Positions 28,925-38,256 of a stretch of DNA of 64,000 nt are shown here, piece after piece (positions within the stretch are counted from its first letter, which is position 1; every line of letters begins with the position of its first letter). A program made the translations under genes and the position numbers. The stretch is from Candidatus Multivorans sp. (GTDB lineage: Bacteria; Acidobacteriota; Thermoanaerobaculia; Multivoradales; Multivoraceae). Below the pieces are notes generated by a model that saw only the letters and a program-made list of their open reading frames with translations, was not told the origin of the DNA and did not search any database. The stretch covers positions 3,808,001 through 3,872,000 of the forward strand of contig OZ245033.1 of NCBI GenBank assembly GCA_965224025.1. The letters are read 5' to 3'.

Positions 28925-31900
28925 TCAGAAGTTGTACTTGACGCCGAGCTGAACGATCCGGCCGTCGCCGTTCGTCGCGGTGATGACGCCGTAGCCGCGG
29001 TCTCCGATCCGGTTGCCCGGCTGAGCGAAGTTGACCCGGTCGAAGACGTTGAAGGCCTCGATCCGAAGCTGCAGCGAACGGTCGCCGCCGCCCAGCGGGA
29101 TGTTCTTGATCAGAGACAGGTCGATCCGCTCGAAGTCCGGCCCGCGGATGACGTTGCGGCCAGCGTTGCCGCGCTGCGTGGCGGTCTCGGCCAGGCTCAG
29201 CCGCACGAAGCACTCCGTGTTGAACCACTGCTCGACGGTGCGCGGCGCACCCTGGTTCGGGTCGCACACCTGGTTCGGCCTGGAGGTGAGGCCGCGGATG
29301 TCGTCGCCGCGGACCCGGATCGGGAACGGATAGCCGGTCTGGTACTGGAGAATCCCGTTCACCTGCCAGTTGCCGAACAGTCCGCGCACGAAGCCGCTGC
29401 TGTTCTCGAGCGACGGCAGGTCGTAGCCGAAGCTGAGCACCAGGCGGTGCCGGACGTCGAACAGCGCATCGCCCCGCTCACGCTCGAGCGCCCGGTCGAT
29501 CGAACTCAGCCGCTCCAGGTCCACCGGAAAAATAGGCCGCTCCTCGCCGCCGATGTTCAAGCCCGAGACGTGATCTTCGGCAGTGCCGTAGGTGTACGAG
29601 AAGAGGAAGTTGAGGCCGCGCGTGGGCCGCATCCGCACACTCGCCTGCAACGCGTCGTACCAGGATTTCGCCACCGTGAAGGTCGGCCGCACCAGGCTGA
29701 AGGCCGGGAACGTGCGCGGCCCGAGCGTTGTCTGGCCGGGTTCGACCACTCGCGGATTGACCTCCATGAAGATCGGCAGGTTCCGGCCCCGTGAACCGAC
29801 GTAGCCAACCTCGAGGCCGATGTTCTGCCCGAGCTGGCGCTGATAAGTGAGGTTGAAGTGCTGGTAGTTCGGCGTCGTGAAGTGAGAACCCCAGCCGATG
29901 AAGATGATCCCCGGCGGGAATCTCGTTGGCCCGCCCACGAGGTTGGCGAGCGGGTCGGCAAGGCTGACCATGGTCGGCGGCGCATCGAGCTGCAGCAGCG
30001 GATTGAAGGGCGGCGCCAGAACCGAGTTCTGGAAGAAATCGCCCTGCCCGGGAATGCTGTCGAAGAACAGCCCCCAGCCGGCGCGGATGCTGCTGCGCCC
30101 GTCACCCTTCGGATCCCAGGCCATCGCCAGCCTCGGCGCGAAGTTGTTCCTGTCCGTGTCATAGGTTCCCTTCGGCACACCTGCGTCGCCGGGGTAGACA
30201 AGACCAGTCGGCGCATCCGGGAACCGGGTCGACTGCTCGCCGGGCCGGAAGCTGTTCAGGCCGTCACCGCTGTCCTCGAACGGCGTCGCGAGTTCGTAGC
30301 GCAGACCGAGATTCAGGGTCATCCGCGGCGTGACCCGGATCTCGTCCTGAACGTAGTACGAGTAGAGCCAGCCGTCGCCCTCGTTGATCGAGTCGGCGCC
30401 GGGAACCGCGGTGCGGAACCTGGAGGGCATGCCGAGCAGGAAGTCCGCCGCGGCGCTGCCCGTGTGGCGTCCGTTGAACGCGTAGTCACCGTTCGGCCGG
30501 TTGATGAAGCCGATGAACATCTTCTCGTTGCGGATGTCGACTCCGGCCTTGATGGTGTGCCGGCCGGCGAGGATGGTGAAGTCGTCGGTGAACTGCTCGA
30601 CCTCGTTCTCGCGCTTGACGAAGGGCTGGTTCCGGTCGCCCATGCTCGAGAAACCCGAGATCGAGAACTGCGGCAGGCCGACGGCCAGATCGTTGATGTT
30701 CGGGATGTTCAGCCCGTACTCGGAGTTCGTGATGCCGCTGGTCACGACCGGTTCCGCGTCGATCATGCTCGACAGGACGCGCGCCTGGTTGAAGGCGTTC
30801 GAACCGATCGCGGACGTGTGCGAGAGCATGTAGTCGTCGAGGGTCGACGCGGACGTGTTGCCGATCGGCCGCACCGTGGGCGGCTCGAAGCGGTCCGACG
30901 AACTGCGCAGAATCCGCAGCAACACGTTCTGCGCGTCGGTGATCCGGTAGTCGAGGCGCAATCCGAACTGGTCCCGGTCATCCGTGACGTCCGGCGACGC
31001 GATGTACCGGCCGCCGACGTTCGGCAGCGGCATGAAGTCGTTGATCAGCCGCACCGCGATCGGACTCAGCCGGTCGGCGGGAATCACGTTTCCCGGGAAC
31101 GGCTCACCGGTCATCGGATCGACGATCGTCGACCCGCCGGAGAAGTCCCCCATTCGCTGGGCGGCGCTCATCACCGCGATGTTCTGGGTCGTGCCGCGCG
31201 TGTTGCGGAAGCCCTCGTAGTAGCCGAAGCCGAACAGCCGGTCGGTCATCATCGGACCGCCGAGGCTGCCGCCGAACTGGTCCTGCGCCAATGTCGGCTT
31301 GTCCTGGTCCGGCGGCGAGAAGTAGTTGCGGGACTCGAACGAGTCGTCGCGGTTGAACTCCCAGACGCTCCCCCGCACGCTGTTGCCGCCCGACTTGGTC
31401 ACCACGTTGACGATCGAGCCGGCACTCTTTCCGAACTCCGCGGTGTAGGAGTGGGTCAGGATCTTGAACTCCTCGATCGCATCGGGCGGCGGCCGCACGA
31501 CGAAGCCGGTGTTGAACGTGTCGTTGTTCGCGGCGCCATCGAGCAGGAAGTTGTTCGACTGGTTGCGGACGCCGTTGACGCTGAAGCCCGCGGTCGCCGC
31601 GCCGAAGCCATGGATGGCCGCGTCCGCGTCGCCCCGCGCGCCCCCGAGCCGGGCCGGCGGCTCGACCACGCCCGGAATCAGCGTGCCCAACTGGGTGAAG
31701 TTCCGGCCGTTGAGCGGCAACTGGACGATCTTCACTTCGTCGACCACGATGCCCAGGGTCGCGTTGGAGGTCTCGATCAGGGGCGCCTCGCCGGTCACCG
31801 TCATCGTCTCCGAGAACTCGCCCACAGCCATCGCCATGCTGATCCTCGCGGTCTCAGCGGCACTGACGCGGACGCCTTCCCGGCTCAACTGGACGAAGCC

Positions 31901-32164
31901 CTCGAGCGCCGCCGTCACGTTGTAATCGCCGGGGGGCAGGAGCGGCGCCGCGAAGTAACCGTCCTGGCCGCTCATCACCTGTCGGGACTGATTCGTCGCG
32001 ACGTTCGTCACCGTAACGCTGACGCCCGGCAGGGCGCCGCCCTCGTCATCCGTGACGAAGCCGCTCAATTGGCCCGTCGCCTGCGCCCATGCGCCGGATG
32101 CACACAAGACCATCGCAAGCGCGGTGAGCGCATGCCCTAGAACACGACCAGCCAAGTTCCTCAT
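28925..32164 (-). CDS. TonB-dependent receptor, Oar/acidobacterial type with N-terminal carboxypeptidase-regulatory-like domain
   Basis: Signal peptide, LPLNGRNF, LDGAANND, AIEEFKI, NVVTKSG, NLGLRYE, C-terminal GRIVQLGVKYNF. Confidence 0.9.
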   Translation of the reverse strand: MRNLAGRVLGHALTALAMVLCASGAWAQATGQLSGFVTDDEGGALPGVSVTVTNVATNQSRQVMSGQDGYFAAPLLPPGDYNVTAALEGFVQLSREGVRVSAAETARISMAMAVGEFSETMTVTGEAPLIETSNATLGIVVDEVKIVQLPLNGRNFTQLGTLIPGVVEPPARLGGARGDADAAIHGFGAATAGFSVNGVRNQSNNFLLDGAANNDTFNTGFVVRPPPDAIEEFKILTHSYTAEFGKSAGSIVNVVTKSGGNSVRGSVWEFNRDDSFESRNYFSPPDQDKPTLAQDQFGGSLGGPMMTDRLFGFGYYEGFRNTRGTTQNIAVMSAAQRMGDFSGGSTIVDPMTGEPFPGNVIPADRLSPIAVRLINDFMPLPNVGGRYIASPDVTDDRDQFGLRLDYRITDAQNVLLRILRSSSDRFEPPTVRPIGNTSASTLDDYMLSHTSAIGSNAFNQARVLSSMIDAEPVVTSGITNSEYGLNIPNINDLAVGLPQFSISGFSSMGDRNQPFVKRENEVEQFTDDFTILAGRHTIKAGVDIRNEKMFIGFINRPNGDYAFNGRHTGSAAADFLLGMPSRFRTAVPGADSINEGDGWLYSYYVQDEIRVTPRMTLNLGLRYELATPFEDSGDGLNSFRPGEQSTRFPDAPTGLVYPGDAGVPKGTYDTDRNNFAPRLAMAWDPKGDGRSSIRAGWGLFFDSIPGQGDFFQNSVLAPPFNPLLQLDAPPTMVSLADPLANLVGGPTRFPPGIIFIGWGSHFTTPNYQHFNLTYQRQLGQNIGLEVGYVGSRGRNLPIFMEVNPRVVEPGQTTLGPRTFPAFSLVRPTFTVAKSWYDALQASVRMRPTRGLNFLFSYTYGTAEDHVSGLNIGGEERPIFPVDLERLSSIDRALERERGDALFDVRHRLVLSFGYDLPSLENSSGFVRGLFGNWQVNGILQYQTGYPFPIRVRGDDIRGLTSRPNQVCDPNQGAPRTVEQWFNTECFVRLSLAETATQRGNAGRNVIRGPDFERIDLSLIKNIPLGGGDRSLQLRIEAFNVFDRVNFAQPGNRIGDRGYGVITATNGDGRIVQLGVKYNF

Positions 32165-32380
32165 CCCAGATCTCCTAGTGAATGCACTCCCGGAACTGGA
32201 AGTGCGGGGCAACCAAGTCAAGAAAGCCGGAACGGCCGACGCTGCACTTCGATCAACGTCGAGCGTGGTTCGGTCCGTGTCGTGGCGGCAGCATAGCAGC
32301 GCACCGACGCTACTACAGTATCGCCAACTGACATCTGCTACCATCGTCGGCGTTCTGGCGGCGGTTCCCGTCGCCGGGGC

Positions 32381-32504
32381 ACTCATCGAGACCGGCCGAG
32401 GGATTGGGCCCGTTGAAGCCGGGGCAACCACCGGGGCTTCGCAACCCAGGGAAGGTGCCAACTCCTACGGGAGTCCGCTCGCGGGGCTTTACCGAGAGAT
32501 GAGT
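32381..32504 (+). ncRNA. SAM-I (S-box) riboswitch
   Basis: P1 ACTCATC...GATGAGT; GAGGGA, GGCCC, TGAAGCC, GCAACC, AAGGTGCCAACTCC consensus elements; directly upstream of metB. Confidence 0.92.
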
Positions 32505-32631
32505 CAACGAGCCGCGTATCCGCGGTCTCGGCGCCTCCTCCGGTTCACTCTCCCGTAGAAGTCTTCTCGAGAGAGCGTTGAAGCCGTCTCGCTTGCGGGA
32601 CCACCAACCCCCTTCTCGACCGGAGACTCAC

Positions 32632-33819
32632 ATGACTTCGAACCACCACCCGGCAACCCGCGCCGTGCGGGCGGCGCTCGCTACCGACACGCAGCACGGC
32701 GCGGTCGTTCCGCCGCTCCACCTGTCGGCCAACTTCACCTTTGAAGGCCTCGACCGCAAGCGGCCGTACGACTACACGCGCTCCGGCAACCCGACGCGCT
32801 CCGCCCTCGCCGGCGCGCTCGCCGAGGCCGAGGGCGGCCACGGCGCGGTCGTCACCGCCTCGGGCATGGCCGCGGTGACCCTGGTGTCCCAACTGCTCGA
32901 CCCCGGCGACCGGATCGTCGCCGCCCACGACTGCTACGGCGGGACGTTCCGGCTCTTCGACCGTTTGAGGCGGCGCGGCCTCCTCGAAGTCGAGTTCGTC
33001 GACCTGACGGACGCGGAAGCCATGGCGGCAGCCCTCGCTTCCCGCCCGAAGCTGGTCCTGGTCGAGACGCCGAGCAACCCCCTTCTTCGGATCACCGATC
33101 TGGAAGCCGTCTGCCGGCACGCAGGACGGGCCGGCGCGCTGGTCGTCGCCGACAACACGTTCATGTCGCCCGCGCTCCAGCGACCGATCGAGTGGGGCGC
33201 CGACGTGGTGATCCACTCGACGACCAAGTACCTCAACGGCCACAGCGACGTGGTCGGCGGCGCGGTAGTCGCGGCGACTCCGGAACTCCAGGAGTTCTTC
33301 GAGGACTGGGCGAACATGATGGGCGTAGCCGGAGCTCCCTTCGACAGCTACCTGACGCTGCGCGGACTGCGGACATTGCATAGTCGTCTACGTTGCCACG
33401 AGGAAAACGCACTGGCCGTGGTCGAGATGCTCGCCGAACATCCGGCCGTGGAACGGGTATTTCACCCGAGCCTGCCCGACCATCCCGGCCACGAAATCGC
33501 CAAGCGCCAGCAGGACGGGTTCGGCGCCATGGTCAGCTTCGAACTCGCCGGGGAGACCGAGGACGTGGCGGTCCTGGTCTCGAACCTCACCTGCCTCTCG
33601 CTCGCCGAGTCGCTCGGCGGCGTCGAGAGCCTGATCTCCCACCCGGCAACCATGTCCCACGCCTCCATGACGGTGGAAGCGCGGGCCGCCGCCGGCATCA
33701 GCGACCAGCTTCTAAGACTCTCGATCGGGATCGAGCGCGCGGACGATCTGGTGGACGACCTGCGCGGCGCCCTCGACCGCGTCCTGAACCGGCCGAGGTC
33801 GGCGACCGCCGCCGGCTAG
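32632..33819 (+). CDS. metB: Cystathionine gamma-synthase
   Basis: YDYTRSGNPTR, ETPSNP, DNTF, HSTTKYLNGHSDV (PLP Lys), AESLGGVESL; SAM riboswitch upstream. Confidence 0.88.
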   Translation: MTSNHHPATRAVRAALATDTQHGAVVPPLHLSANFTFEGLDRKRPYDYTRSGNPTRSALAGALAEAEGGHGAVVTASGMAAVTLVSQLLDPGDRIVAAHDCYGGTFRLFDRLRRRGLLEVEFVDLTDAEAMAAALASRPKLVLVETPSNPLLRITDLEAVCRHAGRAGALVVADNTFMSPALQRPIEWGADVVIHSTTKYLNGHSDVVGGAVVAATPELQEFFEDWANMMGVAGAPFDSYLTLRGLRTLHSRLRCHEENALAVVEMLAEHPAVERVFHPSLPDHPGHEIAKRQQDGFGAMVSFELAGETEDVAVLVSNLTCLSLAESLGGVESLISHPATMSHASMTVEARAAAGISDQLLRLSIGIERADDLVDDLRGALDRVLNRPRSATAAG

Positions 33820-33825
33820 GGCCGC

Positions 33826-34839
33826 TCAGTCGCCGCGCCGGCTGAGCGCCAGACGGACCATCCGATCGCAAAGCTCATCGAAGGAGATCCCGAACACCGC
33901 GGCCGATTGCGGCAACAGGCTGGTCTGAGTCATGCCAGGCAGCGTGTTCACCTCCAGGCAGTATGGCTCGCCGGCGGCATCGAGTCGGAAGTCGACGCGC
34001 GAGAAGTCGCGCAAACCAAGCGCCCGGTGGGCGGCCAGCCCAAGCGCGCGCAGACGCTCCGTGAGTTCGTCATCGATCTCAGCCGGGAAGACCTCCCGGG
34101 CCACTCCCGGCGTGTACTTGCTGTGGTAGTCGAAGATCTCGCCCGGCGGCACGATCTCCCCTACTCCAAGAGCCTCTCCGTCGAGCACACCGACGGTGTA
34201 CTCGCGGCCGGGCAGGAACCGTTCCAGCAACACCTCGTCATCGAACTGGAGCGCGCGGCCGACCGCAATATCGATTTCCGACAGGTCCCGCATCAGGGTG
34301 AGTCCCACCGTGGATCCGACCCGCGACGGTTTGACCACCATGGGCAGTCCCAGAGCCTCGACGTCGGCGCGTGCCGCAGGCCACACGGTGCCTTCGGGCG
34401 CCGGTATCCCTGCGACGCGAAAGAGACGCTTGCTGGCGGTCTTGTCCATCGCCCGTGAGCTGGCGACGGCGCCGCTGCCAGTGAAAGCGAGACCCGCGTT
34501 CTCGAGCAGTCCCTGGACTTCGCCACCCTCTCCCTGCCGGCCGTGGAGGACCAGGAATACCGCGTCGTGGTTCGCGAGGCCGCCGTGTACGACCAGAGCC
34601 GGCAGATCCTCCCGCGCCTCGAGGGCCCGCAGGTCGGCCAAGGAAGGTGGCCTGACGCCGACCGTCTGCGCCAGCAGTCGTCGCTCGCGTTCTCCATCGA
34701 GAAGCGCTGCCTCCGCCGTGTCGAATACCGTGACCCGGTAGTCCCGATCGCGCAGCGCCACGACCACTTGGCGCGCACCCGCGAGGGCGACGATTCGTTC
34801 CGGCGTCGAACCGCCGGTAAGCACTGCGATGCGGGCCAC
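33826..34839 (-). CDS. ddl: D-alanine--D-alanine ligase
   Basis: LHGRQGEGG, MDK, VKP...GSTVG, DYHSKY, SRVDF, LEVNTLPGMT..SLLP. Confidence 0.88.
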   Translation of the reverse strand: MARIAVLTGGSTPERIVALAGARQVVVALRDRDYRVTVFDTAEAALLDGERERRLLAQTVGVRPPSLADLRALEAREDLPALVVHGGLANHDAVFLVLHGRQGEGGEVQGLLENAGLAFTGSGAVASSRAMDKTASKRLFRVAGIPAPEGTVWPAARADVEALGLPMVVKPSRVGSTVGLTLMRDLSEIDIAVGRALQFDDEVLLERFLPGREYTVGVLDGEALGVGEIVPPGEIFDYHSKYTPGVAREVFPAEIDDELTERLRALGLAAHRALGLRDFSRVDFRLDAAGEPYCLEVNTLPGMTQTSLLPQSAAVFGISFDELCDRMVRLALSRRGD

Positions 34840-34960
34840 GTCAGTTCACCTGGCCGCGGATGGTACTGCCAATCGCCTGCCTCTTCGAGCCGCTAACCAG
34901 GGGCGCGCCGCGCGCATGTGCCAGGACAAACCCAGCGGCCCCGACTGTTACGCTGAATCC

Positions 34961-36619
34961 ATGCCGACCTGTAACTTGCGATCCGTACTCCCGGCCCTGA
35001 CCGTCGCCGCCGTGGCGATGTTCGCCGCCGCAGACGGTGCAGTCGCCGACGAGGCGGCCGACGAACCCCTCGCGCCGATGCTCGAAGGCCTGGGCGATCT
35101 CCACTACCCCATCACCACCTCGTCCAAGGCGGCGCAGCGCTTCTTCGACCAGGGGCTGCGTCTCGTCTATGCCTTCAACCACGCGGAAGCCGTGCGCGCC
35201 TTCGAGGAAGCGGCGCGCCTCGACCCGGAGGCGGCGATGCCGCATTGGGGCAAGGCCCTGGCCCTCGGTCGCAACCTGAACGACTCGATGCCGCACGAGC
35301 GCGAGCTCCAGGCGCTTCAGAGTCTGAGCCAGGCTCAGGAGCGGCGCGACAACGCCGGCGAGCGTGAGCAGGCCCTGATCGATGCGCTCGCGAGCCGGTA
35401 CTCCGCCGACGAGGACGCCGACCGCGCGGCCCTGGACGCGGCCTGGGTCGAGGCCATCGCCAAGGTGGCCGAGAGGTTCCCCGACGATCCGGAGCCCTCC
35501 ACCCTGCACGCGGCCGCGATCATGAACACGATGCCCTGGGACTACTGGCGCGGCGGCGAACCCCAGCCCGGGACCCTCGAGGCGAAGGAGCTGCTCGAGC
35601 GGGTGGTCGTCGAACATCCCCGCCACCCGGGGGCGCACCACTACTACATCCACCTGATGGAGGCCCGCGAGCCTCACCTGGCCGAGCCCAGCGCCGACGC
35701 GCTGGGCAAGCTCATGCCCTCGGCCGGACACCTCGTCCACATGCCCGCCCATATCTTCATCCGCGTCGGCCGCTACGACGACGCCGTGGACTCGAACCAG
35801 CGCGCCATCGAGGCCGACCTCGACTACATCGCCCAGTGCAGCGCCCAGGGCCTGTATCCCGTCGCCTACTACCCCCACAACATCCACTTCCTATGGGCAT
35901 CGGCCACCTTCGGCGGCCGCGCCGAACTGGCGATCGAGAGCGCCGACTCGCTGGCCGGGGAAGTCCCGGCGGAGATGGCCTCCAGCCTCGCCTTCCTCCA
36001 GAACTACCTAGCCACGCCGCTGTTCGCCCGCGTCCGCTTCGGCCGCTGGCAGGAGATCCTGGACACCCCGCAGCCGCCTGCCGGGCAGACATTCCAGACC
36101 GCGATGTGGCGCTATGCCCAGGGCCTTGCCGCGGCGGCCACTGGAGACTCCAGGGCGGCCAAGAGGCACATGAAGGCGCTCGGCAAGTTGCGGCGCAACC
36201 CCGAACTGGCCGACATCCGCATCTCCTTCGCCCAGGCGAGCGACCTGGTCCGCCTCACCGAGCACCTTGTAGCCGGCGAGATCCACGCCGCGAAGGGACG
36301 CACGGAGCGCGCGATCGAGGAAATGCGATCCGCCGTGGCGCTCCAGGACAGCCTGCGCTACGCCGAACCGCCAGCGTTCCACTACCCGGTGCGGCAGTCA
36401 CTCGGCGCCGTGCTGCTCCAAGCCGGCCACCCTCGGGAAGCCGAAGCTGCCTACCGGCAGGACCTCGAGCACAACCCGCACAACGGCTGGTCCCTGTTCG
36501 GCCTGGCAAGGGCCCTGGGCAACCAGGGCCGCAATGAAGAGGCGGAGGAAGCGGAACGGCGCTTCCGTGAGGCATGGCAGAGCGCCGACGTGGAACTCGA
36601 AGAGTCGGTGTTTCGCTAG
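34961..36619 (+). CDS. Secreted TPR-repeat protein
   Basis: Signal peptide, FDQGLRL.YAFNHAEA, HPGAHHYYIH, GHLVHMPAHI, NGWSLFGL. Confidence 0.75.
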   Translation: MPTCNLRSVLPALTVAAVAMFAAADGAVADEAADEPLAPMLEGLGDLHYPITTSSKAAQRFFDQGLRLVYAFNHAEAVRAFEEAARLDPEAAMPHWGKALALGRNLNDSMPHERELQALQSLSQAQERRDNAGEREQALIDALASRYSADEDADRAALDAAWVEAIAKVAERFPDDPEPSTLHAAAIMNTMPWDYWRGGEPQPGTLEAKELLERVVVEHPRHPGAHHYYIHLMEAREPHLAEPSADALGKLMPSAGHLVHMPAHIFIRVGRYDDAVDSNQRAIEADLDYIAQCSAQGLYPVAYYPHNIHFLWASATFGGRAELAIESADSLAGEVPAEMASSLAFLQNYLATPLFARVRFGRWQEILDTPQPPAGQTFQTAMWRYAQGLAAAATGDSRAAKRHMKALGKLRRNPELADIRISFAQASDLVRLTEHLVAGEIHAAKGRTERAIEEMRSAVALQDSLRYAEPPAFHYPVRQSLGAVLLQAGHPREAEAAYRQDLEHNPHNGWSLFGLARALGNQGRNEEAEEAERRFREAWQSADVELEESVFR

Positions 36620-37800
36620 CTCTCGGACAACTTCAACTCCGCCGCCAGCCGGTCGGCGCGAGCCATTCCCTCAAGCGTCGGTTGCAAGCGGCGCCCGCTG
36701 ATCCGCAGCCAGCCTGCCCTCGCCCAGGCTTCGATCTGCCGAGCGTTCCGAGACCCTAAATCGAACCCGAAACGCAGCTCCAACGCGGCGCAATCGATAC
36801 CGGAACGCTGGCGAAGTCCCATCATGACGGTCTCGAGCAGCAACTGACGGTCGGTCAGTTGTTCGACGTCGGCGATCGGCGACTCGGCACCTTCCACAAC
36901 ATAGCTCCAGCGTTTCCAGGGCGCAACGTTCCACCAACGGCGGCGCCCGGCGAACGAATGTGAGGACGGTCCAAGACCCAGGTAGGGAGTGTGGTTCCAG
37001 TACTTCCGGTTGTGGCGGCTCCGATGCCCCTCGCTGCGGGTGAAGTTCGAGACCTCGTACCCCTCGTAGCCGAGTTCCTCGAGAAGGCGGTGGGCGGCAA
37101 CGAAGTTGGCGGCCCGCTCGTCCTCACCAGTCTCACGCAGCCTGCCCGCCTCCCGGCGCCGGCCGAACGGCGTCCCGTCGTGGATCGTCAGCTCGTAGCA
37201 GGAGAAGTGATCCGGTCCAAGCGCCGCCGCCTCGTCGAGGGTCCGAAGCCACCAATCGGCGTCGAAGCCGGGCAGGGAGTAGATGAGGTCGACCGACACG
37301 GACCGGAAGCCCGCGGCACGGGCCCGTTCGACACTCGATCGAGCCTCTCCGGCGTCGTGGCGACGGCCAAGGAAACGCAACGCTCGATCGTCCAACGCCT
37401 GCACTCCCAAACTGATGCGGTCGAACCCAATCGCCCGCCACCCTGCGAGCAACTCCGGTGCGGCATCCTCCGGATTCACCTCGATCGTCCACTCGGCTTC
37501 CGCGTCGACGTCGAACACCGCCCGAAGCCTCCCGCACAGGCTCTCCAACTGACCCAGGCTCAGCGCGGACGGCGTACCCCCGCCAAAGTACACGGTGTCG
37601 AAGCGGCTTTCTACGAACGCGCCGGCGTCGTCTGGCGGCTTGAACCCGGCGCCACCAACAAAGCTGTCAATCTCGATGCCAAGCGCCGCAACGTACCGAC
37701 TCCGATCCTCCGCTCCGCCCCGCGCCACCGCGAAGTCGCAGTACGGACAAATCGCCGAGCAGAACGGGATGTGGACGTAAAGCCCCCCCGCGTTCGTCAC
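36616..37800 (-). CDS. hemW: Radical SAM heme chaperone HemW (HemN-like)
   Basis: LYVHIPFCSAICPYCDF, GGGTPS, YEVSNF, HNRKYW. Confidence 0.88.
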   Translation of the reverse strand: MTNAGGLYVHIPFCSAICPYCDFAVARGGAEDRSRYVAALGIEIDSFVGGAGFKPPDDAGAFVESRFDTVYFGGGTPSALSLGQLESLCGRLRAVFDVDAEAEWTIEVNPEDAAPELLAGWRAIGFDRISLGVQALDDRALRFLGRRHDAGEARSSVERARAAGFRSVSVDLIYSLPGFDADWWLRTLDEAAALGPDHFSCYELTIHDGTPFGRRREAGRLRETGEDERAANFVAAHRLLEELGYEGYEVSNFTRSEGHRSRHNRKYWNHTPYLGLGPSSHSFAGRRRWWNVAPWKRWSYVVEGAESPIADVEQLTDRQLLLETVMMGLRQRSGIDCAALELRFGFDLGSRNARQIEAWARAGWLRISGRRLQPTLEGMARADRLAAELKLSES

Positions 37801-37984
37801 ACCGATCCCAAACGAGCTGGCCCCGTACCGACCACCCCTGAACCCTACCGCCGCCCGTCCTCACGTTCCCCCGCACAGTGCTGCCAACGAATTTCCGTAC
37901 CCCATCAGCCCTGGACGATCCCCGGCAAGCCAAGATTGGCCGCCGATTCCGCGAGAATCCGGCCCGACCGCCCGGCGCCGTCCA

Positions 37985-38229
37985 GCCGGTCCGGGGGTCT
38001 GTGGGGAGGGTCCCAGCGGACTCGAAGCGAGCGACGCCCGACGACGCCACAAACAGCAACGCACTACCGGAGCGAGCGTAGTGGAGTGAGCGCCCTACCC
38101 CTCATCCTCCTCAGAAGCGCGAACCCGGGTGGCGCGATCCGCGCCACCCGTGAACCAGTCCGTGCGCCCGGCATCGGGCGCACGGATGACACGGCCGCTG
38201 GGCCCCTCCCCACAGACCCCGGGGCCGGC
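37985..38229. repeat. 245-bp structured element with 35-bp terminal inverted repeats (MITE/REPIN-like or ncRNA)
   Basis: 37985-38019 vs 38195-38229 match 32/35 as an inverted repeat; three internal hairpins. Confidence 0.75.
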
Positions 38230-38256
38230 GGGTGCCACCGACAGCACCGCCGTCGC

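Noticed and set aside
29858-32140. Long antisense ORFs (also 14546-16810, 39172-40941, 59383-61005 and others)
   Set aside because: Expected stop-poor shadow frames in high-GC DNA opposite well-supported genes; no motifs.
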